Shown here: piece by piece, positions 1 to 11,625 of the stretch
How positions within the stretch are numbered: the first letter of the stretch is position 1
Layout of the letters: every line of letters begins with the position of its first letter
Assembly: GCF_044704955.1 (NCBI RefSeq)
Contig: NC_091977.1
Location: 74,958,001 to 75,022,000 of the forward strand
DNA from: Pristiophorus japonicus
Taxonomy: Eukaryota
Direction: 5' to 3'
Length of the DNA: 64,000 nt
Translations under genes and position numbers: made by a program
The notes under the pieces: model-generated
The model's input: only the letters and a program-made list of their open reading frames with translations
The model's database searches: none
Told to the model about the DNA's origin: nothing

Positions 1-252
1 TATCCTCACAGGTTTGTAGAGCTGTTGCATTGTGGAGTGGTTTAGCCAGTCACATGACGTTTACAAGACTCAATAAAACCGCAGTCAGTTGGGTCTAGGT
101 TATCCACAATGAGGTATGTCGTTGTGAGCCTGGTGGATGAACTGATAATGTGTAATGTGATTGTTAAACTTTGTTAATAAACTAACTAGTTCTTAATAGC
201 AATGTGTTGCTATGAATTCTTAAGCAAAGAACCCATGAAGCAATACATTACA
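1..252 (+). mobile_element. 3' part of an LTR cut by the window edge
   Basis: Ends ...TACATTACA and contains AATAAA motifs. Reverse-complement similarity to the solo LTR at 51249-51823 (shared gaattcttaagcaaagaa.ccatgaagcaa..ac block). Confidence 0.7.
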
Positions 253-1004
253 CTTGGAACAGCCTCTCTTACCATTGAAAGGGCACTTCTGTCATCTCAA
301 CCTCATCCACCATCTATTCGAGCAGCATCAGTGCCCATGAAAAAATCTCACCTTGGTCCTTAGAATCCCACTACAATCAATCCCAACACCAACATCACTA
401 AACACACCAACATCACCAGCAACAACACCAACCTGTTCCGCAATTACCTGATGGTGCACAGGACACAGGGCATCAGCACCCGACCACATTGCTGCTTGGG
501 AGGACAGTGATGGCCTCACCATAGCCACATTTATTTCACTTCACACTGTACACCCTGACTGCATCAGGTTGGCACCACCCCACACCAGCTCCATAAAGCA
601 TCCCTACAATGTCCAAGCCATTCCTTTCACACTCATGACCATTGTGGGGGTTACCCTTATGTCTCACCATTCACTACAACTCACTAAGCCACTTCCAAAG
701 GTGCCAACAAATTTGTTCGAGAACGCAAAGTGCTGAAAATAAAGATTTCAATGTTTGACAATACATCAACGGGTAATTATACATGAACATTGGCTAAAGG
801 ACCCAAGTGCCTACCCTTAGTTGGTATGATTGGACAAGGATGAGGGTGAGTGAAATGGGGAAGTGATAATGTAGATAGAGAGTGGGATGGGTGGAAGTGC
901 AAGGTAGGTTGGTGTGAATAAGAATGTGCTGGGGTAGAGTAGGGAAGGCAGAATGATGGGGATGTGATGAATGGCACAGCAGAATGAGGTTGAGTGTGGC
1001 ATTG

Positions 1005-1250
1005 TAGTAACGTTTCGTGATCTACTGAGATCATTGAAAGGTTTGCGCCACTGCAGCCAGCTCCTCCAGACGACAGCCCTCCTTCTGCCTTACTATGCAA
1101 TGTGCACCCAGGCTGCATTGGTGTCCTGGGGAGGTCTCCTCTGTGCATTGGAATGGAAGAGAACTTCCCTGAATTCTGGGACTCCCACCATAAGCATCAA
1201 GAGGGAGTTATGGGAGAGCCTGGGTGCAACCGTGCACCTTTGTGCCGTGC
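1005..1250 (-). pseudogene. Degraded Myb/SANT-like DNA-binding ORF of a PIF/Harbinger element
   Basis: Minus-strand REVLF...AAWVHIA is followed, after a frameshift, by W.QWRKPFNDLSRS. This resembles the QCRKRWNDL motif of the Myb/SANT ORFs at 42448 and 49279. Confidence 0.55.
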
Positions 1251-3073
1251 ACGTCAGTGTTTGCAGTAGCTTAATGTTGCAAAACACTGACAGAAGAACT
1301 ATAAAAAAAAGTTGGAAATGGTCCCTTTAAGGAAACCAGCTGATAACGCATCATCAGATGACGTCATCAGAGCCGCTTCTAGTTAATTGGCTGGGAAAGC
1401 AGCAGGGGGGGCTTAACAAGATTGAAGGGAGAGGATGGGCTGCACTTCGGAGCGGGTTTCCAATACTGCACAAATGCTGCCCGCATTGAACTTGCCTCTG
1501 TTGGCAAAATCCCTGCCAGTAAATGGTGTTTACAATGTGTTTCTGAGATTTCTGCAGCTCTTTTGTTGAAGTTAACAGTGGACAAGTGAGAGAACCTCTG
1601 CAGAAATTTACCCTGAAGTCTCAGACTGAAAAATTTAATTAGTCATATTCAGGGACTGAAAGCAAATTGAACCAGTGGAATAAGTGATGAGAATGAAATT
1701 GCTATGGTTGATGACTTGATTTAATGTTTAACTGGAAAATCACAGTATATTGTGAGAAAAACCTGACCAGAAACATCACGAAAAATTACTTAAATGTTAT
1801 ATGTCATTTTTATAGGTCAGATCAATTCACTGCAATTACTTTTGAGTTGGAATGCAACAGCCGAGAATTAACATTTACCAGTAGCTTTTCAAGCAGAACA
1901 GAATCTCCATCAACCTGTTAGCTGTTGTAATCAACATGTTTTTATTTTGGTTTGTTTTTCATGCTGTCAAGTAATCAGCTGGAGCAATTTTCACAGAACT
2001 CCTGCCTCAGGTTGACAGACATGGTTCCCGAGCTGTGTGAATCCTTTGGCCATGCAGGGAAATTTAAAAAGTAGGGTAAAAAAGGCTCTTAAGTGCCTGT
2101 ATATTACCTCATAATGATTTCAATTGGGTAGCCCTGCAGGTCGTGTTGGCTCCACGTTGACAAATGCGTCTGTGGGAAAGGTGCGTGGGAGTGAGTTGAC
2201 AGCAGTTCCCGACCCACTGTCAAAAACAACAACTTTCCCACATGACCCTCCACAATCGCGGCCGCTACCACCATGGAAAATTTAGTCCAGAATGTCTACA
2301 ATGAACATAGAATGATTATACTAATATGGCATGGGCAAGCACTTCACATGTGAATGGTTCAGAGGGTGCGGAATTCCTAAAATGCATTCAGGAGAACTTC
2401 TTTATCCAGTATGTAACAAGCCCAACAAGAGAGGCGGCGGTTCTGGACTTGGTTTTGGGGAATGAAGAGGGGCAGGTGGAAGGGGTATCAGTGGGAGAGC
2501 ATTTTGGTGTTAGTGATCATAATTCAGTAAGATTTAGGATAGTTATGGAAACGGACAAAGGGGGACCATGAATAAAAGTTCTCAATTGGGGTAAAGCCAA
2601 TTTTGCTGAGCTGAGATGGGATTTGGGCAAAGTGGACTGGAAACGGCTACTTGATAAATCAGTGTACAGTTCAAGATGGCAGTTGGCATGGCAGCTCCCT
2701 AGGGAGCTCTACCCAAACAAACTTCCCCCTGGCCATCTGCTGCCATCCTTCACTCTTCTCTCCCTCAATCTCCCTCCCCCACTGTTTAAGATCCCCCTGG
2801 CCCTAATAGTAGGTGCATTTCCCACCCCTAAGTATATTCCTTATCCCTAAAACCCATGCTGCAAGGGCAGCTACCTGGGCCCACTGAACATCCCCCAATC
2901 AAGACATACCTTCCAGATTGACCTCCCTGCTGCCAAGACCTTCCAACTGGACCTTCGTTTTTCGCTCCCCACTGGACGTGTCCGACTCAGCTGCTCCACC
3001 CAATCCCCGATGGCGGTGAGCCTCCGACCAGCTCTGACCACAGGCCCTACCTTCACTCTTCGCCCTCATGTTT

Positions 3074-3312
3074 GGGCCTTCCTCCCCCGGGCGATGTTCG
3101 GGCCTCCATCCCCCGGGCGACATTCGGGCCTCCATCCCCCCTGAGACGTTCGGGTCTCCTTCCCTCCGGCGACGTTTGGGCCTCCATCCCCCTGGCGACG
3201 TCAGGGCCACCACACCTCTGCCGATGTTCAGGCCTCCATCCCCCTGACGACGTCAGGGCCTCCACTCCTCCAGCAACATTCGGGCCTCCATCCCTCAGGC
3301 GTCGTTCTGGCT
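3074..3312 (+). repeat. GC-rich tandem repeat, ~26 bp unit, about 9 copies, in the RTE 5' region
   Basis: Unit approximately GGGCCTCCATCCCCCGGGCGACRTTC, repeated with substitutions. Confidence 0.85.
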
Positions 3313-6300
3313 TCCCCTTTGGCACTGGCCCCACTCAACTGCGGAGCCTCTGTCGAGCACGTGGTGTGCACAATGGCTGTGGGCACTCTGACCTCTCTGA
3401 CCTCTCCTCCTCCCACAAAGCCTGCCCTCAGTCAGGAGCTGATACCTGTGAGAGGGAAGCATTAACTCAAATCTCTCACCTGCACTTTCCATGCCTCGGA
3501 TTTCTCAGCATCTCATCGAAGGGCGCTGCTCAGCGCCGAGCTTACGGCTCGTATCCCACCGTAGGCAACTAGGCCCATACAGTGGAGCCTGGTCTCCAGT
3601 TGTCTTGGACCCACTTGCCACTGGACCTGTTTGTTTGCCAGTGTGCAATGGCCACCCCACGTTAAAAGAACTCATGCAGAGGCATCTTCCACCCTTTAAA
3701 ATGAAGTTCAGAACCTGGAATGTCAGGACACTCATGGACAACCCCAACTGCGACAGACTGGAATGCTGCACCTCCATCATTGCCCAGGAACTCAGATGCT
3801 TCGACCTCGACATCGCCTCCCTAAGCGAGACCCAGTGGGCAGGGGAAGGCCAGCTCAAAGAACAAGGTGGAGGTTACACCTTCTTCTGGAAAGGCAAACC
3901 AGAAGAAGAACGCCGTCTCCATGGAGTTGGCTTCGCCATCAAGAACAAGCTGCTGGCCACCTCAGAGACTCCCCCTGCGGGATTAGTAAACATCTCACGA
4001 CTCTCCTGCTCACCCCAGCTGCGTCATCAGTGCGTACGCCCCAACACTCGACGCAACAGATGAGGCCAAAGAGTAATTTCACTCCAGCCTTGTACAATCC
4101 CTGTGCCGAAAACCTACGGACGACAAACTGATCCTCCTTGGTGACTTCAACGCCAGAATCGGTAAGGACACAGACCTCTGGGGAGGCGTGACCGGTAGAG
4201 AGAGGGTAGGGAAAACCAACTCCAGCGGTACCCTGCCCCTGACAAAATGCCGAGAATATGGCCTTGTTATCACCAACACCTTATTCCGCAAGAGGGACAA
4301 GTACAAGATATCGTGGCAACACCCTCGCTCCAGGCACTGGCACATGTTCGATTACATCATCATCCGAGCGAGGGACGCAAGGACGTGCACATCACTCACG
4401 CCATGACAGGAGTCGACCACTGCTGGATGGACCACCGCCTAATCCATTCCGTCATCAACATTAATCTAGTCCCAAAGCGGCAACGGCAACAGAAGCAGTG
4501 TCACATAAAAATCAATGGCGGGGCACTCAAAGACCCAGCTGAGAGAGTCTCGATGACCTCGAGACGCAGAGTGCCCACAGCTCTTGGTCTGCCCTCCAGG
4601 CCACCATAACCAGCGCCTGCGAAGAGACGCTTGGTCATTCAACCAGGAAACACCAGGACTGGTTTGACGAGAATGACCAGGAGATCCAGAAGCTAATAAA
4701 CCACAGCGCAGGGCATTTCTGAAAAAGCCGCAACCCAATTCGGAAGCAGCAAAGCAGCTCTACAGATGGCTGAAGGCCGAGGTCCAACAAAAAACCCACG
4801 ACCTAAAGAATAGATGGTGGATGGAGAAAGCATAGGAGATTCATCAGCTGACCGACAGCCATGACATACGAGGATTCTTCATCGTAGTTAAATCCACCTA
4901 TGGCTCAACCACCTAAGGCCCCACCCAACTGCTGGCCAAGAATGGGGAGACACTCATTAAGAACACCGAGGCAGTCAGAACCCGCTGGAAGAAGCACTTC
5001 GAAGATCACCTTAATCAAGACTCTGCCTTTGACATGAGTGTCCTCAACTCCATCCCGCAGCATGCTGCCCACCACCATCTCAGCTAAATCCCAGCCCTGC
5101 ATGAGGTAGAAAAGGCCATCCATCAGCTCAAGGCATCAGGAGCAGATGGAAACCCTGCTGAGGCATGAAAGTCTGGCGGAGAGGCACTGTTGGCGTGAAT
5201 ACATGACCTATCTCTCTTATCTGGAAGGAGGAGAGCATGTCGGGAGATCTCAGAGATGCCGTAATCGTGACCATCTTTTAAAAAGAGGACTAGTCCAACT
5301 GCGGCAAATGCAGAGGAATCTCCTTGCTGTAGGCCACTGGGAAAGTTATTGCAAGAATCCTCCTCAACCGTCTTCTCCCTATGGCTGAAGAGCTCCTCCT
5401 GAGTCACAATGCAGATTCCATCCACTAAGGGTTAAAACTGACATGATCTTCACTGCGCGACAACTACAAGAGAAATGCAGGGAACAGCACCAACCCTTGT
5501 ACATGGCATTCTTTGTCCTCACAGAGGCCTTTGACACGGTCAACCATGAGGGACTATGGAGCGTCTTCCTCCGTTTCAGCTACCCCCAAAAGCTTGTCAC
5601 TATCCTTTGTCTGCTCCACGACAACATGCAAGCCATAATCCTGACCAACAGATCCACCACAGACCCAATCCACATCCGAACCGGGGTCAAGCAGGGCTGC
5701 GTCATCGCACCAACATTTTTCTCTATCTTCCTTGTTGCAATGCTCCATCTCACACTCAACAAGCTCCCGGTTGGAGTGGAACTAAACTATAGAACCAATG
5801 GGAACCCGTTCAACCTTCGTCGTCTCCAGGCCAGATCCAAGGTTGTCCCATCCTCTGTCATTGAACTACAGTACACAGACGATGCTTGCGTCTGCGCACA
5901 TTCAGAGGCTAAACTCCAAGCCATCATCAGCAGCTACACCGAGGCATACGAAAGCAAGGGCCTTACATTAAACATCCATTAGACAAAGGTCCTCCACCAA
6001 CCTGACCCCGCCACAGAACACTGCCCCCCCCACCGCCCCCCCCCCCCCCGCCCACAGTCATGAAAATCCACGGCGCGGCCTTGGACAACATACAAACATA
6101 TTAACATAGAAAATATGTGCAGGAGTAGGCCATTCGGCCCTTCGAGCTTGCACCACCATTCAAGAAGATCATGGCCGATCATTCACCTCAGCACCCCTTT
6201 CCTGCTTTCTCTCCATACCCCTTGATCCCTTTAGCCGCAAGGGCCATATCTAACTCCCTCTTGAATATATCCAATGAACTGGCATCAACAAATCTCTGCG

Positions 6301-6413
6301 GTAGGGAATTCCACAGGCGAACATAGAAACATAGAAAATAGGTGCAGGAGCAGGCCATTCAGCCCTTCTAGCCTGCACCGCCATTCAATGAGTTCATGGC
6401 TGAACATGCAACT

Positions 6414-9319
6414 TCAGTACCCCCTTCCTGCTTTCTCGCCATAACCCTTGATCCCCCGAGTAGTAAGGACTTCATCTAACTCCCTTTTGAATATATTTAG
6501 TGAATTGGCATCAACTACTTTCTGTGGTAGAGAATTCCACAGGTTCACCACTCTCTGGGTGAAGAAGTTTCTCCTCATCTCGGTCCTAAATGGCTTACCC
6601 CTTATCCTCAGACTGTGACCCCTGGTTCTGGACTTCCCCAACATTGGGAACATTCTTCCTGCATCTAACCTGTCTAAACCCGTCAGAATTTTAAAAGTTT
6701 CTATGAGGTCCCCTCTCATTCTTCTGAACTCCAGTGAATACAAGCCCAGTTGATCCAGTCTTTCTTGATAGGTCAGTCCCGCCATCCCGGGAATCAGTCT
6801 GGTGAATCTTCGCTGCACTCCCTCAATAGCAAGAATGTCCTTCCTCAAGTTAGGAGACCAAAACTGTACACAATACTCCAGGTGTGGCCTCACCAAGGCC
6901 CTGTACAACTGTAGCAACACCTCCCTGCCCCTGTATTCAAATCCCCTCGCTATGAAGGCCAACATGCCATTTGCTTTCTTAACCGCCTGCTGTACCTGCA
7001 TGCTAACCTTCAATGACTGATGTACCATGACACCCAGGTCTCGTTGCACCTTCCCTTTTCCTAATCTGTCACCATTCAGATAATAGTCTGTCTCTCTGTT
7101 TTTACCACCAAAGTGGATAACCTCACATTTATCCACATTATACTTCATCTGTCATGCATTTGCCCACTCACCTAACCTATCCAAGTCACTCTGCAGCCTC
7201 ATAGCATCCTCCTCGCAGCTCACACTGCCACCCAACTTAGTGTCATCCGCAAATTTGGAGATACTGCATTTAATCCCCTCGTCTAAATCATTAATGTACA
7301 ATGTAAACAGCTGGGGCCCCAGCACAGAACCTTGCGGTACCCCACTAGTCACTGCCTGCCATTCTGAAAAGTACCCGTTTACTCCTACTCTTTGCTTCCT
7401 GTCTGACAACCAGTTCTCAATCCACGTCAGCACACTACCCCCAATCCCATGTGCTTTAACTTTGCACATTAATCTCTTGTGTGGGACCTTGTCGAAAGCC
7501 TTCTGAAAGTCCAAATATACCACATCAACTGGTTCTCCCTTGTCCACTTTACTGGAAACATCCTCAAAAAATTCCAGAAGATTTGTCAAGCATGATTTCC
7601 CTTTCACAAATCCATGCTGACTTGGACCTATCATGTCACCATTTTCCAGATGCACTGCTATGACATCCTTAATAATTGATTCCATCATTTTACCCACTAC
7701 TGAGGTCAGGCTGACCGGTCTATAATTCCCTGTTTTCTCTCTCCCTCCTTTTTTAAAAAGTGGGGTTACATTGGCTACCCTCCACTCCATAGGAACTGAT
7801 CCAGAGTCAATGGAATGTTGGAAAATGACTGTCAATGCATCCGCTATTTCCAAGGCCACCTCCTTAAGTACTCTGGGATGCAGTCCATCAGGCCCTGGGG
7901 ATTTATCGGCCTTCAATCCCATCAATTTCCCCAACACAATTTCCCGACTAATAAAGATTTCCCTCAGTTCCCCCTCCTTACTAGACCCTCTGACCCCTTT
8001 TATATCCGGAAGGTTGTTTGTATCCTCCTTAGTGAATACCGAACCAAAGTACTTGGTCAATTGGTCTGCCATTTCTTTGTTCCCCGTTATGACTTCCCCT
8101 GATTCTGACTGCAGGGGACCTACGTTTGTTTTTACTAACCTTTTTCTCTTTACATACCTATAGAAAGTTTTGCAATCCACCTTAATGTTCCCTGCAAGCT
8201 TCTTCTCGTACTCCATTTTCCCTGCCCTAATCAAACCCTTTGTCCTCCTCTGCTGAGTTCTAAATTTCTCCCAGTCCCCGGGTTCGCTGCTATTTCTGGC
8301 CAATTTGTATGCCACTTCCTTGGCTTTAATACTATCCCTGATTTCCCTAGATAGCCACGGTTGAGCCACCTTCCCTTTTTTATTTTTACGCCAGACAGGA
8401 ATGTACAATTGTTGTAATTCATCCATGCGGTCTCTAAATGTCTGCCATTGCCCATCCACAGTCAACCCCCTAAGTATCATTCGCCAATCTATCCTAGCCA
8501 ATTCACGCCTCATACCTTCAAAGTTACCCTTCTTTAAGTTCTGGACCATGGTCTCTGAATTTACTGTTTCATTCTCCATCCTAATGCAGAATTCCACCAT
8601 ATTATGGTCACTCTTCCCCAAGGGGCCTCGCACAATGAGATTGCTAATTAATCCTCTCTCATTACACAACACCCAGTCTAAGATGGCCTCCCCCCTAGTT
8701 GGTTCCTCAACATACTGGTCTAGGAAACCATCCCTTATGCACTCCAGGAAATCCTCCTCCACCGTATTGCTTCCAGTTTGGCTAGCCCAATCTATGTGCA
8801 TATTAAAGTCACCCATTATAACTGCTACACCTTTATTGCATGCACCCCTAATTTCCTGTTTGATGCCCTCCCCAACATCCCTATTACTGTTTGGAGGTCT
8901 GTACACAACTCCTACTAACGTTTTTGCCCTTTGGTGTTCTGCAGCTCTACCCATATAGATTCCACATCATCCAAGCTAATGTCTTTCCTAACTATTGCAT
9001 TAATCTCCTCTTTAACCAACAATGCTACCCCACCTCCTTTTCCCTTTACTCTATCCTTCCTGAATGTCGAATACCCCTGAATGTTGAGTTCCCAGCACTG
9101 ATCATCCTGGAGCCACGTCTCCGTAATCCCAATCACATCATATTTATTAACATCTATTTGCACAGTTAATTCATCCACCTTATTGCGGATACTCCTTGCA
9201 TTAAGACACAAAGCCTTCAGGCTTGTTTTTTTAACACCCTTTGTCCTTTTATAATTTTGCTGTACAGTGGCCCTTTTTGTTCTTTGCCTTGGGTTTCTCC
9301 GCCCTCCACTTTTCCTCAT
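6414..9319 (-). pseudogene. CR1 ORF2 (APE endonuclease + reverse transcriptase) with two lesions
   Basis: [49 protein letters not shown] and FADD motifs. One frameshift near 8920 and one TGG>TGA stop at 7152-7154. Confidence 0.93.
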
Positions 9320-9396
9320 CTCCTTTCTGTCTTTTGCTTTTGCCTCCTTTTTGTTTCCCTCTGTCTCCCTGCATTGGTTCCCATCCCCCTGCCATA

Positions 9397-10059
9397 TTAG
9401 TTTAAATCCTCCCCAACAGCACTAGCAAACACTCCCCCGAGGACATTGGTTCCGGTCCTGCCCAGGTGCAGACCGTCCAGTTTGTACTGGTCCCACCTCC
9501 CCCAGAACCGGTCCCAATGCCCCAGGAATTTGAATCCCTCCCTGCTGCACCACTGCTCAAGCCACGTATTCATCTGCGCTATCCTGCGATTCCTACTCTG
9601 ACTATCACGTGGCACTGGTAGCAATCCCGAGATTACTACTTTTGAGGTCCTACTTTTTAATTTAGCTTCTAGCTCCTTAAATTCGTTTCGTAGGACCTCA
9701 TCCCTTTTTTTACCTATGTCGTTGGTACCAATGTGCACCACGACAACTGGCTGTTCTCCCTCCCATTTCAGAATGTCCTGCACCCGCTCCGAGACATCCT
9801 TGACCCTTGCACCAGGGAGGCAACATACCATCCTGGAGTCTCGGTCGCGGCCGCAGAAACGCCTATCTATTCCCCTCACCATTGAATCCCCTATCACTAT
9901 TGCTCTCCCACTCTTTTTCCTGCCCTCCTGTGCAACAGAGCCAGCCACGGTACCATGAACTTGGCTGCTGCTGCCCTCCCCTGATGAGTCATCCCCCTCA
10001 ACAGTACTCAAAGCAGTGTATCTGTTTTGCAGGGGGATGACCGCAGGAGACCCCTGCAC
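9397..10059 (-). CDS. CR1 ORF1 C-terminal SGNH/GDSL esterase-like domain (5'-truncated)
   Basis: IVIGDSMVRG, PGA, HIGTND and DGLHL blocks typical of the CR1 ORF1 esterase. Confidence 0.88.
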   Translation of the reverse strand: MQGSPAVIPLQNRYTALSTVEGDDSSGEGSSSQVHGTVAGSVAQEGRKKSGRAIVIGDSMVRGIDRRFCGRDRDSRMVCCLPGARVKDVSERVQDILKWEGEQPVVVVHIGTNDIGKKRDEVLRNEFKELEAKLKSRTSKVVISGLLPVPRDSQSRNRRIAQMNTWLEQWCSREGFKFLGHWDRFWGRWDQYKLDGLHLGRTGTNVLGGVFASAVGEDLN

Positions 10060-11625
10060 TACCTTCCTTGCACTACTCTCTGAGTGAAGAAGTTTCTCCT
10101 CATCTCAGTCCTAAATGGCTTACCCCTTGTCCTTAGATTGTGTCCCCTGGTTCTGGGTTTCCCCAACATCGGGAACATTCTTCCAGCATTTAACCTGTCC
10201 AGTCCCGTCAGAATTTTATGTTTCTATGCGATCCCCTCATCCTTCTAAGTTCCAGTGAATACAGGCCCAGTCGATCCAGTCTCTCCTCATATGTCAGTCC
10301 TGCCATCCCTGGAATCAGTCTGGTGAGCCTTCGCTGCACTTCCTCAATAGCAAAGACGTTCTTTCTCAGATTAGGAGACCAGAACTGAACACAATATTCC
10401 AGGTGAGGCCTCACCAAGGCCCTGTACAATTGCAGTAAGACCTCCCTATTCCTATACTCAAAACCCCTAGCTATGAAGGCCAACATACCATTTGCCTTCT
10501 TCATCGCCTGCTGTACTGCATGCCAACTTCCAATGACTGATGTAGCATGACACCCAGGTCTCGTTGCACCTCCCCTTTTCCTAATCTGCTGCCATTCAGA
10601 TAATACTCTGTCTTCATGTTTTTTCCGACAAAGTGGATAACCTCACATTTATGCACATTATACTGCATCTGCCATGCATTTGCCCACTCACCTAACCTGT
10701 CCAAGTCACCCTGCAGCCTCTTAGCATCCTCCTCACAGCTCACACCACCACCCAGTTTAGTGTCATCTGCAAACTTGGAGATATTACACTCAAATCCTTC
10801 ATCCAAATCATTAATGTATATTGTAAATAGCTGGGGTCCCAGCACTGAGCCCTGTGGCACTCCACTAGTCACTGCCTGCCATTCTGAAAAGGACCCATTT
10901 ATCCCAACTCTCTGCTTCCTGTCTCCCAACCATGGACTATTTTCCATACCTTCGGAGCCTACTATCATCAAGGGCAGACATTGAAGATGAGGTCTAACAT
11001 CGCCTCCAGTGCGCCAGCACAGTCACTTGAAGAACAGAATGTTCGAAGAATCTGGCACCAAGCTTATGGTCTACAGGGCTATAGTGATACCCGCCCTCCT
11101 ATATGGTTCAGAGACGGGGACCATATACAGGAGAAATACCACCAACACTGCCTCCGCAAGATCCTGCAAATCCATTGGGAAGATAGACGTACCAACATCA
11201 ATGTTCTCGCTCAGGCCAACATCCCCAGCATCGAAGCACTGACTAGTTCCATTGGGCAGGCCACATTGTCCACATGCCTGACACGAGACTGATAAAGCAA
11301 GCCTTCTATTCGGAATTCTTACACAGCAAGGGAGCCCCAGGTGGGCTAAGGAAATGTTTCAAGGACACCCTCAAAGCCTCCTTGATAAAGTGTAACATCA
11401 CCACCGACACCTGGGAATCCCTGGCCCACGACCGCCCTAAGTAGAGGAAGAGCATCCGGGAGGGCGCGGAGCACCTCGAGTCTCGTCGCCAAGAGCATGC
11501 AGAAAACAAGCACAGGCAGCAGAAGGAGCGAGTGGCAAACCAGACTCCCCACCCACCCCTTCCTTTCAATGACTGTCTGTCTCACCTGTGACAGAGACTG
11601 TATTTCCCATCTTGGACAGTACAGC

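Larger units (their letters stand above)
6321..10075 (-). mobile_element. Young CR1 LINE, 5'-truncated within ORF1
   Basis: ACATAGAAACATAGAAA tail at 6321, with long open ORF1 and ORF2 segments. Confidence 0.95.
6090..10928 (-). mobile_element. 5'-truncated CR1 in pieces 6090-6320 and 10076-10928, inserted in the RTE and interrupted by a younger CR1
   Basis: 3' tail and UTR at 6090-6320. RT C-terminal ORFs at 10208-10504 and 10501-10971 ([23 protein letters not shown]). The sequence joins across the insert (ccacagg..aca / actctctgagtgaagaag). Confidence 0.85.

Noticed and set aside
2871-3572. Overlapping Pro/Gly/Arg-rich ORFs
   Set aside because: They arise from the GC-rich 26 bp tandem repeat on both strands.
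7240-8958. Plus-strand ORFs opposite CR1 ORF2 (also at 46970-48352)
   Set aside because: These are antisense shadows of the LINE coding frame.
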